Assembly (NCBI GenBank): GCA_937943605.1
Contig: CALEAW010000089.1
Location: 4,592 to 34,591, forward strand
Source: an uncultured Sutterella sp.
Lineage (GTDB): Bacteria > Pseudomonadota > Gammaproteobacteria > Burkholderiales > Burkholderiaceae_F
DNA length: 30,000 bases
Direction: 5' to 3'
The first letter of the stretch is position 1. Each line of letters opens with the position of its first letter. The notes beneath the pieces are model-generated. The model was given only the letters and a program-made list of their open reading frames with translations, searched no databases and was not told the origin of the DNA. The translations under genes and the position numbers were made by a program. Of this stretch, positions 7,661-15,297 are shown piece by piece.

Positions 7661-8878
7661 TTACTTGGAGGTCACAACGACGCCCTTTTCTTCGAGGGCA
7701 GCGATTGCGGCATCGTCATAGCCGAGTTCGGTGAGCACGGCACGGGTGTCTTCACCACGAGCCGGCATACCACGCCAGATGCGACCCGGACGGTTCTTGA
7801 AGCGCGGCATCACGTTCGGACCCTTGACGGTGCGACCAGCGGAACCTTCCCAGGTCACGATGTCTTCACGGGCGATGTAATGCGGATGCTTTTCAAGTTC
7901 CTTAACGGTCATCATGCGGCCGCCAGCGATCTTGAGGCGAGCCATCACAGCTTCGGCGTCAGCCAACGTCATCTTGGCGAAGTAGGTGTCGAGAGCAGCT
8001 TCGATTTCAGCGCCACGCGGCATGGAAAGGAGAAGCAACTGGCAGCCTTCAGGGCAGCTTTCGGTGCCGAGAAGGTCGGCATAACCGAGTTCGGTCATCA
8101 TGCCAGCGACCTGCTTAACACCCACGAGTTCGACGCACATATAGCCGTCGGTGCACTTGTAGATACCGCAACCAACGCAGAGAGGATCCTTACCCTTCGT
8201 GGAGCGCGGATAGACCTTGCCTTCGTTGAAGTAATCCATCATGTAATATTGACCGACTCGCAAAAGCGCCTCGTACATAGAGATATCGATGGATTCGCCC
8301 TGGCCCGTCTGCTTGGCGCGATAGAGAGCAGCCAAAGCGGAGGAAAGGACCGTGAAGCCAGCGAAGTAGTCACCAGCGTACGGGAAGGCTGGGATCGGCT
8401 GATCGACTTCACCGTTCTGAACGAGGTAGCCAGAGAAGGCCTGAGCAATCAAGTCATAGGACGGCAGATTGACGTAGGCAGGATCGCCCCAGTGGCCATA
8501 GCCAGACAAGTGAGCGATAACGAGCTGCGGGTTGGCACCCCAGAGGAGATCGTCGGTGATGCCGTGGCGAGCCCAGGACGGACCCTTGCTCGATTCGATG
8601 AGGATGTCGGTCGTCTTCATGAGCTTGAGGAAGGCTTCCTTACCTTCTTCCGTGAAGACGTTGATGGTCATCGTATGGAAGTTACGGCGAGCAAGTTCGC
8701 AGTAGTTACGCTGCACACGGATCGTGTCAGGATAGGCCGTGTTTTCGAGCCAAATAACTTCGGCACCCCATTCAGCCATCATATGGGCTGGGAAAGGACC
8801 AGCGATTTCCATAGCGGAAACCACGACACGAACCCCATGGAGCGGGCCAAAATCCGGCGTTTGGATCTGGTTGGACAT
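7661..8878 (-). CDS. caiB: L-carnitine CoA-transferase (family III CoA-transferase)
   Basis: 405 aa, the same length as E. coli CaiB. It looks colinear by eye: GLRVV..IEIAGPF, EWGAEVIW.EN, and PAFPYAGDYFAG containing the family III catalytic Asp. An AAGGAA SD lies upstream. Confidence 0.9.
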   Translation of the reverse strand: MSNQIQTPDFGPLHGVRVVVSAMEIAGPFPAHMMAEWGAEVIWLENTAYPDTIRVQRNYCELARRNFHTMTINVFTEEGKEAFLKLMKTTDILIESSKGPSWARHGITDDLLWGANPQLVIAHLSGYGHWGDPAYVNLPSYDLIAQAFSGYLVQNGEVDQPIPAFPYAGDYFAGFTVLSSALAALYRAKQTGQGESIDISMYEALLRVGQYYMMDYFNEGKVYPRSTKGKDPLCVGCGIYKCTDGYMCVELVGVKQVAGMMTELGYADLLGTESCPEGCQLLLLSMPRGAEIEAALDTYFAKMTLADAEAVMARLKIAGGRMMTVKELEKHPHYIAREDIVTWEGSAGRTVKGPNVMPRFKNRPGRIWRGMPARGEDTRAVLTELGYDDAAIAALEEKGVVVTSK

Positions 8879-8908
8879 TTTCGAAATTCCTTTGCTGTGT
8901 TGAGTGTT

Positions 8909-8935
8909 GTCGGATCCCGGATCTCGGGATCCGAC
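8909..8935 (-). promoter_or_regulatory. Intercistronic perfect stem-loop between caiA and caiB (11-bp stem, 5-nt loop)
   Basis: gtcggatcccg (8909-8919) and cgggatccgac (8925-8935) are exact reverse complements. No U-tract follows on the transcribed strand. Confidence 0.6.
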
Positions 8936-8973
8936 GGTTTGGTCACGAGAGTTCAGATGAACTCAGGGGCGAA

Positions 8974-10116
8974 TTAACGGTACTTCTTGAGAACCGCACG
9001 GCCGAGCGTGAGGATCTGCATTTCGTCCGTACCGCCAGAGACGCGGTCAACACGGAGGTCGCGCCAGAAGCGGGAAACACGGTGGTCGCCAGCGACGCCC
9101 ATGCCGCCGAGAACCTGCATAGCCTGGTCAACAACGCTGAAGGCGGCGTTGGCGCAGTACCACTTACACATGGCGGCGTCGCCAGTGTTCATGACGCCAG
9201 TCTGGTCAGCCTTCCAAGCAGCCATGTAGATCATGTTGCGCATGTTGGCGAGCTTCGTGGCCATGTCAGCGAACTTGAGCTGGGTGAGCTGGTAGCGGAA
9301 GATCTTTTCGCCGAACTGTTCACGCTGGTTGGCGTACTTGGCAGCGTCTTCGAAGGCGCAGTAAGCAACACCGTAGTTCGTGCAAGCGACGAGGAAGCGT
9401 TCAACGTCGAATTCGTCCTTCACGCGCTGGAAGCCCATGCCTTCCTTACCGAAGAAATCCTTTTCTTCGAGTTCAACGTCTTCGAAGTAGATTTCGCAGC
9501 AGGAGTCCATCTTGAGACCGAGCTTCGGAAGCTTTTCCTTCTTGATGCCCGGCTTGGACATGTCAACGAAGAATTCGGAGAAGACAGGCTTATCCGGAGA
9601 AGCAGCGTCACGAGCCATCACGACGAGGTACGGGCAGTAGTAGGAGCTCGTGATGAAGGCCTTGTGGCCGTTCAAGTAGATCTTGCCGTCACGACGGGTG
9701 TAGGTCGTGGTCAAGCTACCAACGTCAGAACCAGCGCCCGGTTCCGTGATGGCGGAGTTCCACATCTGCTGACCCGTGCCGAGCAAGGACGTGATCTTTT
9801 CGATCTGTTCCGGCGTGCCGTTGTGGAGCACGGAGGAAACACCAGGCAACTGGTAGAGGACGTACGTCGGGGCGCCGTGGCGACCGAGTTCTTCCCAAAT
9901 GGCAGCGAGCGTCACGAGGTTGGATTCGAGGCCACCGTACTGTTCCGGAAGGAGGAGACGGTCGATGCCGAGGTCAGCGAGAGCCTTAACCCAACGAACC
10001 GGGTAGGTGCTCGTCTTGTCGCATTCGTCGAAATAGGTTTCCCAGTTTTCGCTTTCCATCAGATCACGGACGCCGGCAACCAGCAATTCCTGTTCGTCAT
10101 TGAGCTGAAAATCCAT
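8974..10116 (-). CDS. caiA: Crotonobetainyl-CoA reductase (acyl-CoA dehydrogenase family)
   Basis: 380 aa, the same length as E. coli CaiA. It looks near-colinear from [11 protein letters not shown] to [12 protein letters not shown] (E. coli, recalled: MDFNLNDEQEL ... [12 protein letters not shown]). Confidence 0.9.
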   Translation of the reverse strand: MDFQLNDEQELLVAGVRDLMESENWETYFDECDKTSTYPVRWVKALADLGIDRLLLPEQYGGLESNLVTLAAIWEELGRHGAPTYVLYQLPGVSSVLHNGTPEQIEKITSLLGTGQQMWNSAITEPGAGSDVGSLTTTYTRRDGKIYLNGHKAFITSSYYCPYLVVMARDAASPDKPVFSEFFVDMSKPGIKKEKLPKLGLKMDSCCEIYFEDVELEEKDFFGKEGMGFQRVKDEFDVERFLVACTNYGVAYCAFEDAAKYANQREQFGEKIFRYQLTQLKFADMATKLANMRNMIYMAAWKADQTGVMNTGDAAMCKWYCANAAFSVVDQAMQVLGGMGVAGDHRVSRFWRDLRVDRVSGGTDEMQILTLGRAVLKKYR

Positions 10117-10162
10117 TTTTCTTTCCTTTCAAAAATGAGTCAGGGAGAAGTGTTTGAGGGAA

Positions 10163-11683
10163 TTACTTCCACTCGGTATTTGCACGGGCTTCCTTGAAGA
10201 AGGAGACCGCGACGGCAATGTTCACGAAGAAGAGGAGGCAGCCGCCAACCACGATGGCCGTCTGGAGAGGCTTAATGCCGCCAAGAGCCATCAGAGCGAG
10301 AGCGATAGCACCCACGAGGAGCGACCACACCACACGAACCCAAACCGGCGGTTCGTCGTAGCCACCAACGTCCTTACAGGTGGACATGGCGAGCGTGTAA
10401 GAGCAACCGTTAACCAACGTCAAGGTGGCGAGGAAGCAGAGGACGAAGAAGACAACGATCGTCGCCGTGCTCATCGGAAGGGCAGCCCACGTTTCGATAA
10501 TGGCGCGAGCAACACCGTGCTGTTCGATGATGGCCGGAATGTCAAGAGCCTTCGTCATCAAGAGATGGATCGTGTTGGAACCGAGGATCGGCCAAATCAA
10601 CCAGGTCGTAGCCGTCACGCCGCCAACCACAGCGACAGAGACTTCACGCACCGTACGACCGCGAGAGATGCGGGCGAAGAAGAGGCACGTCTGGATCGTG
10701 AAGATCACCCACCAGGCCCAGTAGAAGACCGTCCAGCTCTGCGGGAAGCCCGTACCGCGGATAGAGTCCGTGTTGAACATCATGCGGCCGAGGTTGTTCA
10801 AGAGAACGCCAACGGAGTCGGTGAAGTAGTTGATCGTGAAGCTGGTAGCACCAACAACGAGAACCCAAGCGAGGATGAGAATCGTCAAGTAGGAACGAAG
10901 GTCAGAGGCGAGCTTCACACCCTTTTCGAGACCGAAGGTCACGCAAATGGCGTTAACGATAATCCAAGCGAGCACGATGCCAGCGTCGAGGCCGAGGGTA
11001 TGCGGGATACCGAAGAGCCACTGCATGCATTCCGTAACCAACGGCGTGGAAAGGCCGAGACTGGTACTCATGGCGAGCAGCAAAGCGACGAGGTAGAGGT
11101 TGTCGATCAACGTGCCGAGGAAGCCCTTAGAAGCCTTCTTACCGATCACGGCTTCAACCGTGCCGGACGGACGAACAACGTCAATCTTCTTCACATAGAG
11201 GAAGTAACCGAAAGCAACCGTAAAGAAGCCGAAGGTAGACCAGGACACCGGACCCCAGTGGAACATGGCGTAAGCCAAACTGGTTTCGATGGCTTCAGGA
11301 GACATCGGAGCGTAGCCAAACGGAGGCTGCGTAGCGTAGTAGTAGACTTCGATGGCACCCCAGAAGAGCACAGCAGCGGAAGTCGAAGACGCGAAGAGCA
11401 AGAAGATCCAGCTAGGCGTGCTGAATTCAGGCGCTTCTTCACCGAGCTTGCGGTTAGCCCACGGCCCAAAGATGAGCCAGAGCCAAAGGATGAGTGTCAC
11501 AACGATGTACCACTCGAAAACCCAACCAAAGGTATGGGTGACGTAGTTAAACGCAGCACTAATCACTGCGTTAGCGGCTTCAAGGTCCTGCATGACCGCC
11601 GCAATCAAGGCCACGGAAATGAGCAAAGGTGGGAAAAACACCTTTGGATCAATCGTGATCTTCTTTTTTGCTTGTTGAACCAT
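10163..11683 (-). CDS. caiT: BCCT-family L-carnitine/gamma-butyrobetaine antiporter
   Basis: 506 aa, with the BCCT signature WTVFYWAWW. Long blocks appear identical to E. coli CaiT as recalled ([40 protein letters not shown]). A GGAAGGAAG SD lies upstream. Confidence 0.9.
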   Translation of the reverse strand: MVQQAKKKITIDPKVFFPPLLISVALIAAVMQDLEAANAVISAAFNYVTHTFGWVFEWYIVVTLILWLWLIFGPWANRKLGEEAPEFSTPSWIFLLFASSTSAAVLFWGAIEVYYYATQPPFGYAPMSPEAIETSLAYAMFHWGPVSWSTFGFFTVAFGYFLYVKKIDVVRPSGTVEAVIGKKASKGFLGTLIDNLYLVALLLAMSTSLGLSTPLVTECMQWLFGIPHTLGLDAGIVLAWIIVNAICVTFGLEKGVKLASDLRSYLTILILAWVLVVGATSFTINYFTDSVGVLLNNLGRMMFNTDSIRGTGFPQSWTVFYWAWWVIFTIQTCLFFARISRGRTVREVSVAVVGGVTATTWLIWPILGSNTIHLLMTKALDIPAIIEQHGVARAIIETWAALPMSTATIVVFFVLCFLATLTLVNGCSYTLAMSTCKDVGGYDEPPVWVRVVWSLLVGAIALALMALGGIKPLQTAIVVGGCLLFFVNIAVAVSFFKEARANTEWK

Positions 11684-11738
11684 GTCTTCCTTCCATCAAA
11701 AGACGTTTGAAAATGTTTTGCCCGCCTTCTCTTCATCG

Positions 11739-11757
11739 GGCATATGCATCATATGCC
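11739..11757. promoter_or_regulatory. Perfect palindrome GGCATATG-CAT-CATATGCC, 56-74 nt upstream of the caiT ATG
   Basis: The 8-bp arms at 11739-11746 and 11750-11757 are exact reverse complements with a 3-nt spacer. It could be an operator or a 5'-UTR hairpin. Confidence 0.5.
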
Positions 11758-11797
11758 TTTTGATACGAATCGGTCTAATCCGAAAACCCCACTCCTA

Positions 11798-11817
11798 ATC
11801 TTGGAAAATTACGAAAC
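11798..11817. repeat. Motif copy A (ATCTTGGAAAATTACGAAAC) of the reiterated intergenic motif
   Basis: It matches copy B at about 17 of 20 positions. It lies 115 nt upstream of the caiT ATG. Related half-sites are ATCTTGTA at 11828-11835 and ATCTTAAAAA at 11871-11880. Confidence 0.5.
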
Positions 11818-12062
11818 TAGATGGGTTATCTTGTATTTTTCCAACTTTACAGTTTGATTAAACTCAAACAAATCTTAAAAAGTCGTCAGACAGGGTTTTC
11901 GAAAGACTTCTATTTTTACGAGACGATGGTGTACTACTTCTCACCACAAAGTTGTTAAAACCCCATTTGACGCCAACTGTCTATTACACACACTTAAACT
12001 ATGTATTAAACTTTGTTTCAGTCGTTTTTGGTTATTTGTCTAAGAAATACACCCTAATACGG

Positions 12063-12087
12063 ATCTTGTAAAATTACAAAATCACTT
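12063..12087. repeat. Motif copy B (ATCTTGTAAAATTACAAAATCACTT)
   Basis: It contains the inverted repeat TTGTA-N4-TACAA and matches copy C at 22 of 25 positions by eye. Confidence 0.6.
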
Positions 12088-12343
12088 ATCCTTTATGATT
12101 AAAAGCACGCTAGTCTATAGTCTAGTTAGTATTGGTTTTATAGACGACACTGACCTACATACTTCCTGGATCAAACTCACCAGCTCGAGACATAAAAAAT
12201 CTAACTAACACAGTATGGTCTGACTGTTATTTATTGCAAATTCTTTCAGACAATCATGTTTATAGTACCAGACCAGTTTAGTTAATTATTTATAACTAGA
12301 CAATTCATATCTAAAAGCCAAAAAGACCAAAAACCAGGGTTGA

Positions 12344-12368
12344 ATCTTGTAAAACAACAAGATCACTT
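12344..12368. repeat. Motif copy C (ATCTTGTAAAACAACAAGATCACTT)
   Basis: It contains the perfect 7-bp inverted repeat ATCTTGT-N6-ACAAGAT and shares the flanking ATCACTT with copy B. Confidence 0.6.
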
Positions 12369-12652
12369 TTCAAAACATGCGTATCTTTACGTAGGTCAAA
12401 CATCCGTGGGCGCACCAGTCACCCCTTTTCTCGCCGCCCTATTCTCGGTGTCGTTCGATTTTGGTCGTGCCTTTTACGGAGTTTTTGAGGTTTAACGAAC
12501 GCTTTGCTACTCAAAAGCCGTCCTTGTCTCTATATAGAAACCGTGACCGATCTTTACTTTTCGTGTCGACCTGTAGCGCTCTCCTTTTGAAGCATGATTG
12601 ACAAAGTCACGCGTTTTATAATGAAGTCTTCTTTGATTTGGAGGCTTTGCCC

Positions 12653-13366
12653 ATGGTTCGCTTTGATATTTCTGGTGGTATTGATCCGTTGTTGAACGCT
12701 ACGCTTGAAAAAGGAGACGCCATCTTGGCTGAATCCAATGCTATGGTGGCTATGGACAGCAAGTTAAGCCTTAAAGGCAAGGCGCGCGGTGGGCTCATGA
12801 GTAGCATTGCCCGCAAGTTCTTGAATGACGAAACGTTCTTTCAGCAGCGTATCGAAGCTGAAGAATGTGGCGGCTCCGTGCTTTTAGCTCCCAATCTACC
12901 TGGCGACGTTCGCATTCTTGATATTGGTGCTTCGCAATACTTATTGACGGATGGCGCTTTTTTAGCGTCTACCGATGGCGTTTCGCTTGAAACGCGCTCT
13001 CAAGGCCTTGGTCGCGCACTCTTAGGCAATTCCGGCGGCCTCTTTATCATGGGTACCCAAGGCCAAGGTCAATTGGTTGTCTCTGGTTTTGGCTCTATTC
13101 GAGAGCTTGAAGTGACACCAGACCGTCCGATCACGATTGACAACGGCCACTTGGTCGCCTGGGAATCTACGCTTGATTATGAACTCAGCCTCAATACTGC
13201 ACGCAGTGGCTTCTTAGGTAAGCTCGTTCACAGTCAAACGACGGGTGAAGGCATCGTGCTTAAATTCCGTGGTCACGGTCGTGTCATCGTTTGTTCTCGC
13301 AACAAGGGCGGCTTTTTAGACTGGATTCTCGGCAATATGCCTAACCAAAAAGACGTCGAGAATTAA
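12653..13366 (+). CDS. AIM24 / TIGR00266 (DUF124)-family protein
   Basis: The track ORF starts at TTG 12638. A GGAGG at 12640-12644 sits 8 nt before the ATG at 12653 (MVRFDISGG...), which I prefer as the start. The overall pattern (F.I.G......L..GD.I..E..AMV.MD, Gly-rich beta-rich body, about 237 aa) is what I associate with the AIM24/TIGR00266 family. Confidence 0.6.
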   Translation: MVRFDISGGIDPLLNATLEKGDAILAESNAMVAMDSKLSLKGKARGGLMSSIARKFLNDETFFQQRIEAEECGGSVLLAPNLPGDVRILDIGASQYLLTDGAFLASTDGVSLETRSQGLGRALLGNSGGLFIMGTQGQGQLVVSGFGSIRELEVTPDRPITIDNGHLVAWESTLDYELSLNTARSGFLGKLVHSQTTGEGIVLKFRGHGRVIVCSRNKGGFLDWILGNMPNQKDVEN

Positions 13367-13401
13367 CCAACACGCATACTTTAGAAGACAATCCTCAGAC
13401 A

Positions 13402-13443
13402 ACAGTGCCACGCAAGCAATCCGCTTCGTGGCACTGTTTGTTT
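13402..13443 (+). terminator. Rho-independent terminator after the AIM24-like gene
   Basis: acagtgccacg (13402-13412) pairs with cgtggcactgt (13427-13437). An inner aagc/gctt extension lengthens the stem. TTGTTT follows. Confidence 0.75.
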
Positions 13444-13656
13444 AATGTGACAAATACTTTTGATCCCTTAAACGATAGGAAGATTCAAATAGTTACGTTT
13501 CACGGGAAAATCCGTGAGATTGACTGCCTAGAGCCTCAAATTTTTCACCACAAACCCCTAAAAACAAGGCATGATATTAAGTAAGGGCACGATGCGCTGA
13601 ATAACCTTTTTTAAGCCTGTGAGACAACCAGTGCAATCGTGCGTGGAGGTAATCAT

Positions 13657-14550
13657 ATGAATATTCTTGTACCGATTGATGGCACTGAACACAGCCTTCG
13701 TGCCGTGGAATTCCTTACGACTCGCACCGACCTTTTGGGCGAAAATCCTCACATCACCATTTTTATGGCACAGATGCCTGTACCCCAGCGTGTCCTTGCT
13801 GGCGTTCAGCCGATTGCTGTCGAGGATTTTTATAAAGAAGAAGCTCAATCCGTCTTTTCATCCGTTCGTGCACTTTTAGGTGATTCGCCCCTTAATATCG
13901 ACATGCGTTATAGCGTCGGTATGCCGGCTGAAGACATCGTCGCTGAAGCTGATCGCCTTGATGCCGATCTCATCATCATGGGGATTCGTGGTCATGGCCC
14001 GGTCAATAGCTTCTTGTTTGGCTCGGTCTCTAATGCCGTCCTCGCTAACACGCATCGTCCTGTCTTGATGCTTCGAAATAAGCTCCCTGAAGGCACGTCT
14101 AACCTGCGTGTGGGTTTGGCTGTTGACGGCTCTAGCTACACCGAACGCGCTGTCGACTTCGTGCTTTCGCACCGTGCACTCTTTGGTGATACACCGCGCG
14201 TTGAACTTTTGAACGCCGGTCAAATCACTCACCCGATCGGCCTCTCTTCAGTGGCCAGCATGATGTCTAGTGGCAATACGGCACGAGACATGCTTGAAAT
14301 GCGTGAACGGGTGTTGGATTCTGTGATGACGCCGTTGCTGCCAAAGTTTATTAAGGTGGGTCTCGACCCGAAGGTGGTACGCCTTGACGGTAACCCAGGT
14401 GACGAAATTGCCCACTACGCCGAAACGACCCCACTTGACCTCTTGGTCATGGGTTCCCACGGCTATGGCAACTTCCGCTCTGCTGTTATGGGCTCTACCG
14501 CGATGAAGATCGCTGCTGAAAGCTCGGTGCCGCTTTTGATTATCCGTTAA
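13657..14550 (+). CDS. Tandem-domain universal stress protein (UspE-like architecture)
   Basis: GGAGG lies 7 nt upstream of the ATG at 13657 (MNILVPIDGTEHS), so the track start at 13639 is probably too early. There are two USP domains. Each carries the ATP-binding-type G-x2-G-x9-G-S/T motif (GIRGHGPVNSFLFGSVS and GSHGYGNFRSAVMGSTA). Confidence 0.85.
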   Translation: MNILVPIDGTEHSLRAVEFLTTRTDLLGENPHITIFMAQMPVPQRVLAGVQPIAVEDFYKEEAQSVFSSVRALLGDSPLNIDMRYSVGMPAEDIVAEADRLDADLIIMGIRGHGPVNSFLFGSVSNAVLANTHRPVLMLRNKLPEGTSNLRVGLAVDGSSYTERAVDFVLSHRALFGDTPRVELLNAGQITHPIGLSSVASMMSSGNTARDMLEMRERVLDSVMTPLLPKFIKVGLDPKVVRLDGNPGDEIAHYAETTPLDLLVMGSHGYGNFRSAVMGSTAMKIAAESSVPLLIIR

Positions 14551-14576
14551 TCGAACATCCAAAGCGACAAACAACC

Positions 14577-14616
14577 AAAAGGCGCTCGACTGATACCTCA
14601 ACGAGCGCCTTTCTTC
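14577..14616. terminator. Bidirectional stem-loop terminator between the convergent USP and Hsp20 genes
   Basis: aaaaggcgctcg (14577-14588) pairs with cgagcgccttt (14602-14612). An A-run lies on the left and TTCTTCT on the right. Confidence 0.65.
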
Positions 14617-14657
14617 TATGCACGGTATTCACTGAATTTGAATACCTTCACTGGTCG

Positions 14658-15098
14658 TTATTCGATCGCGATGCACTTTTTCTCACAGGTCTTCATTTCC
14701 TTCTTCGGAATGGAAATACTCAAGACACCATAATCGTACTTCGCCTTGATGTCTTCTTCGCGTACGCCTTCACCGACGTAGAAGGCACGACTCAAAGCGC
14801 CAGACCAACGTTCGCGGCGGATGCAAGTGCCTTTCTTTTCGTTGTTCTGACATTCTTCGACCGCTTTTTCAGCGCTAACAATCAAATAACCGTCCTTCAA
14901 CGTGGCAGAAATCTGATCCTTCTTAAAGCCCGGCAGGTCGATATCCAATTCCCAGGTTTTGTCGTTTTCGCGTACGTCAGTCTTCATCAAGCGACTGGCA
15001 CGATTGCCAAAGAGCTTGTCACGATTTGTAGTGCGAAAGGCGTCAAACGGGAACGTGTCGTCGAGCAGGTTTTCACCAAATACGCTAGGTAATAGCAT
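14658..15098 (-). CDS. Small heat-shock protein, Hsp20/alpha-crystallin family
   Basis: Alpha-crystallin motifs are present (WELDIDLPGFKKDQI ... YDYGVLSISIPKK). GGAGGAAAACC precedes the ATG at 15098 (MLLPSVFGE...), giving 146 aa. The 179-aa track ORF is a 5' over-extension. Confidence 0.9.
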   Translation of the reverse strand: MLLPSVFGENLLDDTFPFDAFRTTNRDKLFGNRASRLMKTDVRENDKTWELDIDLPGFKKDQISATLKDGYLIVSAEKAVEECQNNEKKGTCIRRERWSGALSRAFYVGEGVREEDIKAKYDYGVLSISIPKKEMKTCEKKCIAIE

Positions 15099-15181
15099 GG
15101 TTTTCCTCCAAGAGTTTCTTGCCGTCGACCATGGCGGCATAGGACGTCGAGCATCACAATTCGGTGCCCGATCTACTTCGT

Positions 15182-15211
15182 ATATGGAGGCGTTCACGCC
15201 CTACACAAGGG
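15182..15211 (-). promoter_or_regulatory. Sigma32-like heat-shock promoter upstream of the Hsp20 gene
   Basis: The minus strand reads CCCTTGTGT-N12/13-CTCCATAT, against the E. coli sigma32 consensus CTTGAAA-N13-14-CCCCATNT. The -35 matches in its CTTG core and the -10 matches at 7 of 8. It lies about 84 nt upstream of the ATG. Confidence 0.35.
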
Positions 15212-15297
15212 CTAAGTTACGATTTGTTTAATCTGTCATACATCATTCATATAGACTGACTTTTAGTTAACTTCATCATTGCGTATTACATAAAAAA

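Noticed and set aside
10154-11710. 518-aa plus-strand ORF opposite caiT. Similar long plus-strand ORFs lie at 9082-10197, 7880-8977, 5984-6679, 6962-7549, 5111-5947, 4230-5108, 3171-4187, 1892-2554 and 2786-3157.
   Set aside because: All are codon-aligned antisense shadows of strongly recognisable cai/fix genes. Their translations are low-complexity (rich in R/E/D/G/H/V) with no recognisable domains. They are explained by avoidance of TTA/CTA/TCA codons on the sense strand.
11760-11773. FNR-like site TTGAT-ACGA-ATCGG upstream of caiT.
   Set aside because: It is only an 8/10 match, and I could not place a plausible -10 hexamer at the class II distance. I mention it in a finding as context but do not call it a feature.
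12095-12208. 37-codon ORF (MIKSTLVYSLVSIGFIDDTDLHTSWIKLTSSRHKKSN) just downstream of motif copy B.
   Set aside because: It has no SD-like sequence upstream, sits in an AT-rich context where short ORFs arise by chance, and shows no recognisable features.
12440-12475. A GTTCGATTT string resembling a tRNA T-loop in the intergenic region.
   Set aside because: The flanking bases do not form a T-stem, and no acceptor, anticodon or D arms can be drawn. It is not a tRNA.
12598-12622. TTGACA (12598-12603) and TATAAT (12617-12622) hexamers upstream of the AIM24-like gene look like a perfect sigma70 promoter.
   Set aside because: The spacer is only 13 nt by my count, against the optimal 17 plus or minus 1, so it is unlikely to work as a canonical promoter with these two hexamers. 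A real promoter may use a shifted -35.
13558-14601. Minus-strand ORFs 13558-13848, 13876-14232 and 14248-14601, opposite the USP gene.
   Set aside because: They overlap a well-supported USP CDS with two canonical domains. They have no SD and no recognisable motifs.
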